The notes beneath the pieces are model-generated. The model ran no database searches and had not been told where the DNA came from. It saw nothing but the letters and a program-made list of their open reading frames with translations. The translations under genes and the position numbers were made by a program. From positions 31,683 to 95,682 of the forward strand of contig JBHGYD010000006.1 in the NCBI GenBank assembly GCA_041920415.1: DNA of 64,000 nucleotides. Reading direction: 5' to 3'. Each line of letters opens with the position of its first letter. Within the stretch, counting starts at the first letter, position 1. This stretch comes from Anoxybacillaceae bacterium. Its GTDB lineage: Bacteria > Bacillota > Bacilli > Bacillales > Anoxybacillaceae. Positions 39,997 through 48,680 of the stretch are shown here, in pieces.

Positions 39997-40936
39997 GTTC
40001 CTCTACCCCTTCAACAAGGCGCGGGCCTGGACGTGTGACTAAATCAGAATTAACATCGTATACCCGTTTATTTTTTACGGCAGGCACATCTTTCCACGCA
40101 GGACGAGCCATCACTTGCTTCGCTGCATCTTTTACATAGTATCCATATGTCGTAATAATGACATCCGGATTTAAAGCGACCGCTTTTTCTTCTGTAAACA
40201 TTGGCCATCCTTCTTGGTCTCCGGCAACGTTTTTCGCCGAAATCACTTTTAACATGTCATCGATAAAGGTGCCTTTTCCCGCCGTATAAATTTCCGGTGC
40301 TGGTGAAACTTCGACCCATACTTTCATTTTGTCTTTTTCTTTGATATTTTTTGCTTTTTCTTTAATAGCCTCAAGCTTTGTTTTCATATTTTCAATGATT
40401 TCGTTTGCTTTTTTCGTTGTCCCTGTTGCATTTCCAATCATTTCAATCGAATGATACACATCGTCAAACGTTTTTGCATCATTGACGACGAGCACAGTAA
40501 TTCCCGCATCTTTTAATTGCTTCAAGCCATCTTTGGAGTTATTGGCACTTGAAGCATGCGCAAGCACTAAATCAGGCTTTAAGGAAATAATTTTCTCTAC
40601 ATTAAACTCCATGCCACCGATTTTTTCTTTCTTTTTGACGTCTTCTGGATAGTTGTCAAAATCGTTCACACCTACGATTTTTTCACCTAACCCTAGGGCA
40701 TAGGCAATTTCCGTGTTGCTTGGAATCAAGGAAACGATTCGTTTCGGCTCGGACTGAATCGTCACTTCCTCGCCTAATCCGTCTTTCAGCGTCACTGGGA
40801 ACGCAGCTTCTTCCGTTTTTGTTTCTTGCTTTTTGTCATTTGCTTGGTTGCTTGCGTTTTCGCTATTGCATCCGAAGAGAAGTCCGAATGTCAATAGGAA
40901 AACGAGCAACATGCCGTAGTACTTCCACTGCTTCAT
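39962..40936 (-). CDS. btuF: Cobalamin-binding ABC substrate-binding lipoprotein (BtuF-like)
   Basis: It has a signal peptide with lipobox LLFGC and a periplasmic-binding-protein type 8 fold. It is the first gene after the cobalamin riboswitch. Confidence 0.85.
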   Translation of the reverse strand: MKQWKYYGMLLVFLLTFGLLFGCNSENASNQANDKKQETKTEEAAFPVTLKDGLGEEVTIQSEPKRIVSLIPSNTEIAYALGLGEKIVGVNDFDNYPEDVKKKEKIGGMEFNVEKIISLKPDLVLAHASSANNSKDGLKQLKDAGITVLVVNDAKTFDDVYHSIEMIGNATGTTKKANEIIENMKTKLEAIKEKAKNIKEKDKMKVWVEVSPAPEIYTAGKGTFIDDMLKVISAKNVAGDQEGWPMFTEEKAVALNPDVIITTYGYYVKDAAKQVMARPAWKDVPAVKNKRVYDVNSDLVTRPGPRLVEGVEELAKAIYPEVFK

Positions 40937-40967
40937 GTTCGTTCTCCTCTCTGACTGTATTTATGTA

Positions 40968-41270
40968 ATAAAAAAACTCATTCCTATCTTAGGAATGAGT
41001 TTGAAACGACAAAATATGGAAATGTTTTTATATGAAAAACTCCATTGCCGTTTCACCATCTCACTCCCCGAAGATAGGAAACATTTGGCATCAAAGGCAG
41101 GTCTACTGACTCATGCTTCATCCTACTTTGAACCTTCCCATACGACCAACGGTTTTCGCCATCAAGCCGTACAGTGGTGATTTCATTTCGTCCGCATTTA
41201 CAGTTGCGGGGACAGTTCTGGACTTTCACCAGATTCCCTATTAAGCCTACTAGAGCGCACCGGCTCGTTC
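40968..41270 (-). promoter_or_regulatory. Cobalamin (AdoCbl) riboswitch with terminator
   Basis: The minus strand reads AATAGGGAATCTGGTGAAAGTCCAGAACTGTCCCCGCAACTGTAA...ACCACTG...GGGAAGG...AGTCAGTAGACCTGCC. A terminator follows (ACTCATTCCT...AGGAATGAGT + U7, 40968-41000). Confidence 0.92.
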
Positions 41271-41329
41271 GACACCTTTTTTGCCATCGTATGCAATTGT
41301 GTGAAATTGTCGAACAATTTACATTTATA

Positions 41330-41358
41330 ATATTAATGCAAATGACCATCATTGACAA
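41330..41358 (-). promoter_or_regulatory. Sigma-A-type promoter of the cobamide operon
   Basis: The minus strand reads TTGTCA, 17 nt, TAATAT. Confidence 0.6.
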
Positions 41359-41397
41359 TAAAAAAATAAGAAGCTAGCATGATATTATTTCAAACCT

Positions 41398-41431
41398 AAA
41401 ACACTCGAATCGAATTCGATCCGAGTGTTTG
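41398..41431 (-). terminator. Terminator downstream of the yvbH-like gene
   Basis: Stem aacactcg...cgagtgtt enclosing the palindrome aatcgaattcgat. Confidence 0.65.
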
Positions 41432-41439
41432 GATAATCA

Positions 41440-42054
41440 TCAATTATGAATATAACGCTCAAACACAAACCCAAAATCTTTTACCGTATATTGTTTTTTC
41501 GTGTCCACTAACCAATGAAATGCAATTTGGTTTAATTCTTTGAACTGTTCCGCTAAGTCATTTGGTGTGCTTGCAATGCGGCTTAAGACCGTAGAAGCTA
41601 ACTCTAGACTTTTGCGGGCATAATCTAATGTCGTTTCGTTTTCATGGCAAATTTCCGCGATTTTCAATAACGATTTATATAAATCTTTTAATTCTTCCAG
41701 ATGTTTTTTATGAACGTCAATCGAATAGGCATGTGTGCCGATTTTAAATTTAATTTCGACATCCAAATCGACTGTTCCCGCTGTTTCGAGCGATACATCA
41801 GAAATCGGATGTTTATAATAATCATACCGTCGCAACGTGCGTTTTTTACTTGTCGCGCTCGTTCCATCCAAATGAATAAGCGCCTTATTCGTAAAGCAAT
41901 ACTCATCGGACTTAGACTTAATTAAAAAGTAAATTTTCTCACCATCTTCATGCATGATATAATCATCGGCATCAGCTTTATCGTAGTTTTCTGGCTTAAT
42001 GACAGCCCCTATATCACTTAACCCAAGCACATCAGCAGCTACTTTTCCGAACAT
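41440..42054 (-). CDS. Bacterial PH-domain protein (YvbH-like)
   Basis: MFGKVAADVLGLSDIG...FTNKALIHLDG resembles B. subtilis YvbH as I recall it. The ATG at 42054 is preceded by GGAGAGGGGG. Confidence 0.65.
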   Translation of the reverse strand: MFGKVAADVLGLSDIGAVIKPENYDKADADDYIMHEDGEKIYFLIKSKSDEYCFTNKALIHLDGTSATSKKRTLRRYDYYKHPISDVSLETAGTVDLDVEIKFKIGTHAYSIDVHKKHLEELKDLYKSLLKIAEICHENETTLDYARKSLELASTVLSRIASTPNDLAEQFKELNQIAFHWLVDTKKQYTVKDFGFVFERYIHN

Positions 42055-42241
42055 GTTATTCCCCCTCTCCCTATTTGTGTTAAACCACAATCATGTTTAT
42101 TATACCATGAGCAAAGTAAAATTGTTAAATTTTTCAATAAATTGGTATAACAAAAACATATTCATTTAATTTTGACTAAAAGTAAATCCATCACTCTTCT
42201 ATACGTAACATCCTCTAAATAAACTTTTTGTCATTATTTAT

Positions 42242-42260
42242 AGAAAAGCAAGTAACTTGC
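42242..42260 (-). terminator. Terminator downstream of nagR
   Basis: GCAAG TTA CTTGC followed by UUUUCU on the minus strand. Confidence 0.5.
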
Positions 42261-42264
42261 CTGT

Positions 42265-42987
42265 CTACCGTTCCATTTCAATCGTAAATTTGTAACGGTC
42301 TCCTCGATAAATTGATTTGACGAGTTCTAACGGCTGCCCGTTTTCTAAATAGCTATTTCGTTGAATAAGAAGAACCGGAGCGCCTTCTTTCATTTGCAAA
42401 ATTTCTGCCTCCACTTTGCGCGCAACAGACGCTTCTAATACTTGTACGCCTGATTTGATTTTTAATCCTAATTCGTTTTCGATAAATTCATATACGGAAC
42501 CGCTTACAATTTCTCGCGTTAAACCGGGTACAAGCACACAAGGTACGTACGCTGTTTCCAGCGCCATTGGCAACTGATCAGCCAAACGGATTCGACGAAT
42601 TTCATAAATATCCCCCCCTTCGCGAATGTCGAGCTGCTGTGCTAACGATTGGTTGGCGGGAATGATGCGAAACTCAAGTACGTTCGTTCCTGGCTCCATG
42701 CCCCTTGCTCGCATATCTTCCGAAAAACTTGTTAATCCTTTTAACGGCTGTTCGATTTTTTTTGCGGCGACAAACGTTCCTTTTCCCCGCTTTCTCACTA
42801 AATATCCGTCACTGACTAAATTATTGATCGCTTGACGAACAGTCATCCGGCTAATTTCGTACGTTTCGGCAAGTTCCCGTTCAGATGGAATCATTTCTCC
42901 TGGTTTAAGCTGTGCTTTTTCAATCATCTCTTTAATACCTTGTTCAAGCTGATAATAAATCGGAAGTGGTGAGTGCTTGTTAATCAT
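42265..42987 (-). CDS. nagR: GntR/HutC-family repressor NagR (YvoA)
   Basis: It has a GntR winged HTH (PSERELAETYEISRMTVRQAI) plus a UTRA domain. It is the last gene of nagA-nagB-nagR. Confidence 0.88.
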   Translation of the reverse strand: MINKHSPLPIYYQLEQGIKEMIEKAQLKPGEMIPSERELAETYEISRMTVRQAINNLVSDGYLVRKRGKGTFVAAKKIEQPLKGLTSFSEDMRARGMEPGTNVLEFRIIPANQSLAQQLDIREGGDIYEIRRIRLADQLPMALETAYVPCVLVPGLTREIVSGSVYEFIENELGLKIKSGVQVLEASVARKVEAEILQMKEGAPVLLIQRNSYLENGQPLELVKSIYRGDRYKFTIEMER

Positions 42988-43742
42988 CGTGCATGCACCT
43001 TTCTTTGTTCTTCGTTCACAAGCGATAATGCTTCTTGATCAGCAATAATGATGACATTTGGGTGCGTTTTTAAAATCGAAGCCGGAATGTTCGTCGTTAC
43101 TTCTCCTTCGAATAGCTGAGAGATAATATGCGCTTTCTTTTCTCCTGATGCTAGTAAGATAATTTTTTTGCTTTTCATGATCGTCGCAATCCCCATTGTA
43201 ATTGCATGGGTCGGAACTTCTTCGAAACGAGAGAAAAAGCGTGAATTCGCTTGTCTTGTTGACTGGGCAAGTTCAACAATATGGGTAGTGGAATCAAAAG
43301 ACGTGCCCGGTTCGTTAAAGCCAATATGCCCATTTCGCCCGATCCCTAATACCTGCAAATCAATTCCACCAAGTTTCTCAATCAATTCCTCATAACGTTT
43401 GCATTCCGTTTTGACATCATCGGCGAGTCCATTAGGAATGTGCGTTTGTGACGTTGGAATATCGATATAGCGAAACAAATGATGATTCATATAATAGTGA
43501 TAGCTATTCGAATGATCCGGACCTAAACCGATATACTCATCTAAATTAACAGTATGAATATGTTGGTACGACGTTTTATTTTGTTGATAGTCGTTCACTA
43601 CTACCGCATATGTTCCAAGCACGGTTTCTCCCGTTGCTAAACCAAGAACAGAATCAGGCTTTTTCTTCACTTGATCAATAATGACTTCCGCAGCCTTTTG
43701 ACTCATCTCATTATAATCTTTCGCTTCAATGAGCCTCATCAC
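42984..43742 (-). CDS. nagB: Glucosamine-6-phosphate deaminase
   Basis: 252 aa with NagB motifs (LGLATGETV, LGIGRNGHIGFNEPG). Confidence 0.92.
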   Translation of the reverse strand: MMRLIEAKDYNEMSQKAAEVIIDQVKKKPDSVLGLATGETVLGTYAVVVNDYQQNKTSYQHIHTVNLDEYIGLGPDHSNSYHYYMNHHLFRYIDIPTSQTHIPNGLADDVKTECKRYEELIEKLGGIDLQVLGIGRNGHIGFNEPGTSFDSTTHIVELAQSTRQANSRFFSRFEEVPTHAITMGIATIMKSKKIILLASGEKKAHIISQLFEGEVTTNIPASILKTHPNVIIIADQEALSLVNEEQRKVHAR

Positions 43743-44928
43743 TGAACACTCCCTGTTTCGAGTACGCTAATGTTCCTCGACAAAACGTCATTACTACCTC
43801 ATGGTGTTCATTCAAAACAACAAGGTCAGCGTCTTTTCCCTTTCGGATACTTCCTTTTCGGTCGAGAAGTCCCAATTGTTTCGCAGGATTCCAAGCCGCC
43901 ATACGAATGATGTCCTCAAGTGAACACCCAGTAAACGCCATCATCTTTTTCACAGCATCTTTTAATTTCAAAATACTCCCCGCTAACGTTCCATCTTGTA
44001 ACGTGGCTCGTTCACCTTGAACAGTGACCTCTTGGCCGCCTAACTCGTACACTCCCGCTCCGAGACATTTGGCGCGCATCGCATCGGTAATGAGAACGAT
44101 TCCGTCACTTCCTTTGTTGCGGTAAGCAAACCGCACCATCTCTGGGGCCACATGAATGCCGTCAACAATGATTTCACATAGCACCTCATCATGCATGAGT
44201 ACCGCCCCCGCAACTCCCGGCTCGCGATGATGAAGTCCTCGCATACCGTTAAACAAGTGAGTCGCATGCGTAATGCCTGCTTGAATCGCCGCTATCACTT
44301 CTTCATAGATGGCATCTGAATGACCAATGGAAGCAACAACGCCATGCTCTTTTAAATATGCTGTGAGCGTTAACCCATGTTTCTCTTCCGGCGCCAATGT
44401 GACAAGGCGAATATGTCCATTCGCTATATTTTGCCATTTTTTAAACAACTCAACATTCGGTTCAACAATATTTCCCGGGTGTTGAGCTCCCGCTCGTTTT
44501 GGTGAAATAAACGGACCTTCCAAATGAATCCCGATCACTTCTGCTTCCCCTGGACGGTTATGAAACTGAATATAATCAGCGACATTGCGTAACGCTCGTT
44601 CGATATCATCAGACGGAGCCGTCATCGTTGTCGCAAGGAAACTCGTCGTTCCTTCTTGCGGCAAGACTGTTGCCATCGTTTGTAGTGCTTCTTTTGTTGC
44701 ATCCATGACATCGGACCCGGCTGCTCCATGAATGTGAACGTCAATAAAACCCGGAACAACGCAATCATGATGGTCAAGTTCGATCACCTTGACTTCTTTT
44801 ATATCTGGCAACGACGACACCGGACCGACATTAACAATTTTTCCGTTTTCAACAAGCACATATCCTTGTTCAATTCGTTCTTTTTCAGCATATATTGTTG
44901 CATTCATTAGTAAAAATCGTTTCATCAT
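43726..44928 (-). CDS. nagA: N-acetylglucosamine-6-phosphate deacetylase
   Basis: 400 aa with amidohydrolase motifs (GFIDVHIHG, HLEGPF, ATHLFNGM, LITDAM). Confidence 0.92.
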   Translation of the reverse strand: MMKRFLLMNATIYAEKERIEQGYVLVENGKIVNVGPVSSLPDIKEVKVIELDHHDCVVPGFIDVHIHGAAGSDVMDATKEALQTMATVLPQEGTTSFLATTMTAPSDDIERALRNVADYIQFHNRPGEAEVIGIHLEGPFISPKRAGAQHPGNIVEPNVELFKKWQNIANGHIRLVTLAPEEKHGLTLTAYLKEHGVVASIGHSDAIYEEVIAAIQAGITHATHLFNGMRGLHHREPGVAGAVLMHDEVLCEIIVDGIHVAPEMVRFAYRNKGSDGIVLITDAMRAKCLGAGVYELGGQEVTVQGERATLQDGTLAGSILKLKDAVKKMMAFTGCSLEDIIRMAAWNPAKQLGLLDRKGSIRKGKDADLVVLNEHHEVVMTFCRGTLAYSKQGVFSDEAH

Positions 44929-44970
44929 ACCGCACCTTCCTTCTAAGTTTAGATTAACATCATATCAACT

Positions 44971-44986
44971 AGTTGTCTATACCACT
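44971..44986. promoter_or_regulatory. NagR/DasR-type operator (dre-like palindrome) upstream of nagA
   Basis: AGTTGTCTATACCACT is an imperfect palindrome resembling the dre consensus AGTGGTCTAGACCACT. It lies 43 nt upstream of the nagA ATG. Confidence 0.6.
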
Positions 44987-45034
44987 TTGATGATTTTTTG
45001 AACATTGGCTGCAACTCGCAAATGAAAGGCATTC

Positions 45035-45769
45035 TCATCTCAATAATCGTATTCGGTCACGATACATTTCGATAAGCTTCTGATTATGTTCCTGCCCTCC
45101 TTGAAGATTGTTGCTTACAAAAATCGGCGGTTCTTTCCCTTGTTCCGCGATCATGATGCTCGTCTCAGCGAAAATCGCATGCAATATCGCTGCGCCAATG
45201 ACGGTCGATGTTGGTGCGAACGGAACGGAAATGGTTGCGTATGTTAAGATGGCATCCCCTTTTACGGAGTAATTGTTGATGACAAGATCGACGCACTCCG
45301 ATAAATGTTTCCCGCTTGGATGAAGAGATGGAAGCGCTTTCGAATACACCAATGACGTTAATCCAATAACATATGCTCCACGTTGTTTCGCAAATAGCGC
45401 GACATCAATCGGTACCGGATTGCGCCCAGAGGTCGAGATGACAAACACAACATCTCCTTGGCGAATATCTTCCTTCTCTAAAAACATGCTGGCATAGTCC
45501 GTTTCCTTCTCTAACTGTGACGAGCGAACGGCACCTTCATGAAGCATCAGCGGTTCAATCAATATTGGTTTGATCGGTACTAGACCGCCCGCTCGATAAA
45601 ATACTTCTTCCGCTAACAAATGAGAATGACCACAGCCAAACAATTGCACAATTCCACCGTTCTGAACACATTCGGCGACTTTCATAGCGGCGGTTGTCAA
45701 TGCTTCTTTTTCCTCTTTTCCAACGACCGTTAATATGTCTTGAATATGCCGAAAATATTCGAAAATCAC
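45035..45769 (-). CDS. SIS-domain sugar-phosphate isomerase-like protein (UPF0309-like)
   Basis: IFEYFRHIQDIL...LFGCGHSHLLAEEVFYRAGGL. The GTG at 45769 lies 7 nt after AAGGGAGG and is the preferred start. The track start at 45799 is possible. Confidence 0.75.
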   Translation of the reverse strand: MIFEYFRHIQDILTVVGKEEKEALTTAAMKVAECVQNGGIVQLFGCGHSHLLAEEVFYRAGGLVPIKPILIEPLMLHEGAVRSSQLEKETDYASMFLEKEDIRQGDVVFVISTSGRNPVPIDVALFAKQRGAYVIGLTSLVYSKALPSLHPSGKHLSECVDLVINNYSVKGDAILTYATISVPFAPTSTVIGAAILHAIFAETSIMIAEQGKEPPIFVSNNLQGGQEHNQKLIEMYRDRIRLLR

Positions 45770-45782
45770 AAGCGTTCCTCCC

Positions 45783-46276
45783 TTATATGATTCCATCAAT
45801 TTGATAGACTAATTGTTCAACCTTTTCTTGGTCATAATCAATGGATTTCCTCCAAACAAATGTATAACGATTGGCGTTCGCTTCTATTTTGGTTCCATCG
45901 ATAAAATAATTCTCTAGTTTCACATGCCACTTTTCGTTGAAGATTTTCAAAATTTCTTTGAAGAGATCATCGATTAACTTCTTCATTCGTTCGGGATCGA
46001 AATCGATTAATGGTGCGGAAATCCGGTTATTGACCGGCACTTAACCATAGTAAAGAAATATCGTAAGGAATTTTTCAGGCAAGCTCACGTCCTAAGTGGA
46101 TTTTTGGGGTATACGCATAAACAATCAGTTTGGTCATCATTTTTGTACGCATTATGATCGCCACCCGGATAATAGTTGAAGAACACCTCATCATCGATAC
46201 TTTCTACAGCTCGATGGACGACGCATGCCAGATGATTTTCTGGAATAAGATCTCCCCAATACATTGGCAGTTGCAT
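45783..46276 (-). pseudogene. IS1182-family transposase remnant (frameshifted, 3'-truncated)
   Basis: Fragments GDLIPENHLACVVHRAVESIDDE... and ...ENYFIDGTKIEANANRYTFVWRKS are IS1182-like. After ...GGDHNAY the conserved KMMTKLIVYAYTPKIH continues in another frame, which indicates a frameshift. Only about 170 codons remain. Confidence 0.8.
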
Positions 46277-46455
46277 TTAATGCATGTAATAATCTTTAAA
46301 ATAGACATAATTATTTTTCATGAAAAATCGATCTTTGGTAATGGTGTTGAAGTGACTCTATTATATCAAAAGAGCGGTTTCTTTTTTACCTTTTTATACA
46401 ATAAGTCGCTTTTAGCTACCTTTTAAGTCAGCCCCTTGTCCGAAGCCGACTTATC

Positions 46456-46571
46456 TCCCACTTACTCACGATCGTTCATTGAAGTAGGAGTCTTCTCGGC
46501 TATTTAAGATAAAAAATCGAATCATGAACCTCTCCCATCTACACTCCGTTTAGAGGTGGGAGACTTCTCAG
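46456..46571. repeat. Two tandem related hairpins, each followed by CTTCTC(G/A)G
   Basis: Hairpin 1 is CTCCCACTT...AAGTAGGAG (46456-46491). Hairpin 2 is TCTCCCA..TCTA...TAGA..TGGGAGA (46532-46564). The spacing is about 77 nt. Confidence 0.6.
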
Positions 46572-46601
46572 AAAAAATGTTAAAAATTGCAAAAAAATAA
46601 T

Positions 46602-46630
46602 TGACTGGCCGAAAAAAATCATTTATAGTA
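46602..46630 (+). promoter_or_regulatory. Sigma-A-type promoter of the ssu operon
   Basis: TTGACT, 17 nt, TATAGT. Confidence 0.65.
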
Positions 46631-46693
46631 ATATCTAACAAATCCGATAAGAAAAGTATGAATAAAATTCAGCCGACTGATCGGACATACCGA

Positions 46694-46741
46694 AGGTCCT
46701 TGATCCATGGTGATTCCATGTGATCAAGGACCTTTTTTAGT
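46694..46741 (+). terminator. Leader terminator (attenuator) inside the ssu 5' UTR
   Basis: 13-bp stem aaggtccttgatc/gatcaaggacctt followed by TTTTT. It lies about 135 nt upstream of ssuB. Confidence 0.75.
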
Positions 46742-46875
46742 CTTATTAAACCAAGTTTTCTTATCGGAATAATTAAAGTTTACTAATCGAAACCGCCGAA
46801 AGCATTCGAAATGCAAGTTTTTTAGATATTAAAATATTGAAACTCAAATCAAAGATGAAAAAGGAGGAATAGCTT

Positions 46876-47643
46876 TTGACTGTACATGTTCATGTAAAAG
46901 ATAAGTCTTTCAAAAAAGGCCAGACTGCGGTTCAAGTTCTTCGCGATATCCGTTTGGAGCTGGAAGATGGGGAATTTATAACCATCATTGGTCCAAGCGG
47001 CTGCGGAAAAAGCACCTTGCTGAAAATTATTGCTGGACTCGACACGGATTACGAAGGGACGGTTGAAATCAGCGGACTTCCTGTGACAGGCCCGGGAACG
47101 GATCAGGGCTTTATTTTCCAAGAGCATCGGCTGTTTCCGTGGTTGACAGTTGAAGAAAATATTGCCGCAAATCTGTCGCTTAAAGATCCGGAAATCCGCA
47201 AAAGAGTCGATGAACTGATTGACATTGTCCGATTGAAAGGGTTTGAAAAAGCTTATCCAAAGGAATTGTCGGGAGGCATGTCACAAAGAGTGGCGATTGC
47301 CAGGGCGCTGTTAAGAGAACCAAAAATATTGTTATTGGATGAACCTTTTGGTGCACTCGACGCGTTTACAAGAAAACATCTGCAGGATGTTCTTTTGGAA
47401 ATCTGGAGAAAAAAACGCATCACGATGGTTTTGGTAACCCATGATTTGGATGAATCTGTTTATCTTGGCAACCAAGTCGTAATTATGAAAGCAAAACCAG
47501 GATCTATCAGCAGAATCATTCCGATCGAACTGCCTTTTCCGCGACAGAGAGCCCAGCCGTTGTTTCAGGAAATGCGGCAAAAAGTTTTGAAAGAGTTTGA
47601 AACAGCGGACGAACCGCCTCTTATCGAGGGACTTGGAATCTAG
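46876..47643 (+). CDS. ssuB: Aliphatic sulfonate ABC transporter ATP-binding protein
   Basis: Walker [10 protein letters not shown], signature LSGGMSQR and Walker B LLLDEP. It uses a TTG start after AAAGGAGG. Confidence 0.9.
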   Translation: MTVHVHVKDKSFKKGQTAVQVLRDIRLELEDGEFITIIGPSGCGKSTLLKIIAGLDTDYEGTVEISGLPVTGPGTDQGFIFQEHRLFPWLTVEENIAANLSLKDPEIRKRVDELIDIVRLKGFEKAYPKELSGGMSQRVAIARALLREPKILLLDEPFGALDAFTRKHLQDVLLEIWRKKRITMVLVTHDLDESVYLGNQVVIMKAKPGSISRIIPIELPFPRQRAQPLFQEMRQKVLKEFETADEPPLIEGLGI

Positions 47644-47663
47644 CATTGAGGAGGAAATTTGAG

Positions 47664-48680
47664 ATGCGTAAAAGCTTTGTCTTTATCATTGGACTTATTT
47701 TACTTTTTTCCGGCTGCAGTAGCCAAGATGCCGGCGGCGGATCCAAAAAGGAAGCGGAAAATATCACTGTCCATATAGGAATTCAACAGAGCCTGGGGCC
47801 GCTTCTATTAGCGAAAGAAAAACACTGGTTTGAAAAAGAATTCAAAAAAGAAGGCGTAAAAGTCAAATGGACCGAATTTCAAAGTGGGCCGCCTCATTTT
47901 GAAGCGATGGCCTCCAATAATCTCGATTTCGGGGTGGTGGGGAATTCTCCCGTTATTTCTGCCCAGGCCGCAAACATTGCTTTTAAAGAAATCAGCAAAA
48001 GTGCCGACGGTTTAAAAGGAGACGCCATCCTCGTTCCGAAAGGAAGCAAAATCAAGGATTTGGAGGATTTAAAAGGAAAGAAAATTGCGGTGGCCAAAGG
48101 CAGCAGCGGATTCAATTTTTTATATGAAGCACTTGACCATGCCGGATTGAAAGCGTCCGATGTGGAAATGATCCAGCTGCAGCCGGATGAAGCCCAAGCG
48201 GCTTTTGACACCCGCAAAGTGGATGCATGGGCAATTTGGGAGCCGTATATCTCCTATGAAACAATTAAAAACAAAGCGAAGGTGCTGGCGGACGGCGAAA
48301 CACTGAATGTTTATTCACCTGGTTTTATCGTCGCACGCTCCAAGTTTACGGAGGAGCATCCGGATTTAACTGTTCGATTTTTAAAGGTGTATGAAAAAGC
48401 GCGCCGTTGGCAGAATGAGCATTTTGATGAGGCAGTTTCTATTTATGCGAAAGCGAAGAAGCTGGATGAGAAAGTGGTCGCACGTTCCCTGCGTAACAAC
48501 CCGTCGTTAAATGAACCGATTACAGACGACATTATCAAGGCCCAACAAAAAACCGCCGATTTTCAATATTCACAAAAAGTGATCAAAACAAAAATTGATA
48601 CAAGCAAAGTGGTAGATAACCAGTATATTAAAAAAGCATTGCAGGAACTAAAGAAAGAGGGTGAAGACAAACATGGCTAA
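47664..48680 (+). CDS. ssuA: Aliphatic sulfonate ABC transporter substrate-binding lipoprotein
   Basis: Lipobox LLFSGC, NMT1/SsuA-like. The ATG at 47664 follows GAGGAGG. Confidence 0.88.
   Translation: MRKSFVFIIGLILLFSGCSSQDAGGGSKKEAENITVHIGIQQSLGPLLLAKEKHWFEKEFKKEGVKVKWTEFQSGPPHFEAMASNNLDFGVVGNSPVISAQAANIAFKEISKSADGLKGDAILVPKGSKIKDLEDLKGKKIAVAKGSSGFNFLYEALDHAGLKASDVEMIQLQPDEAQAAFDTRKVDAWAIWEPYISYETIKNKAKVLADGETLNVYSPGFIVARSKFTEEHPDLTVRFLKVYEKARRWQNEHFDEAVSIYAKAKKLDEKVVARSLRNNPSLNEPITDDIIKAQQKTADFQYSQKVIKTKIDTSKVVDNQYIKKALQELKKEGEDKHG

Noticed and set aside
41053-41358. A 101-aa minus-strand ORF, and the 40935-41180 plus-strand ORF
   Set aside because: Both overlap the cobalamin riboswitch and its promoter, and neither has an RBS.
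42125-42150. A possible second NagR/dre half-site (ATTGGTATAAC) upstream of the yvbH-like gene
   Set aside because: Only one half of the palindrome is present, so it is indistinguishable from chance in AT-rich DNA.
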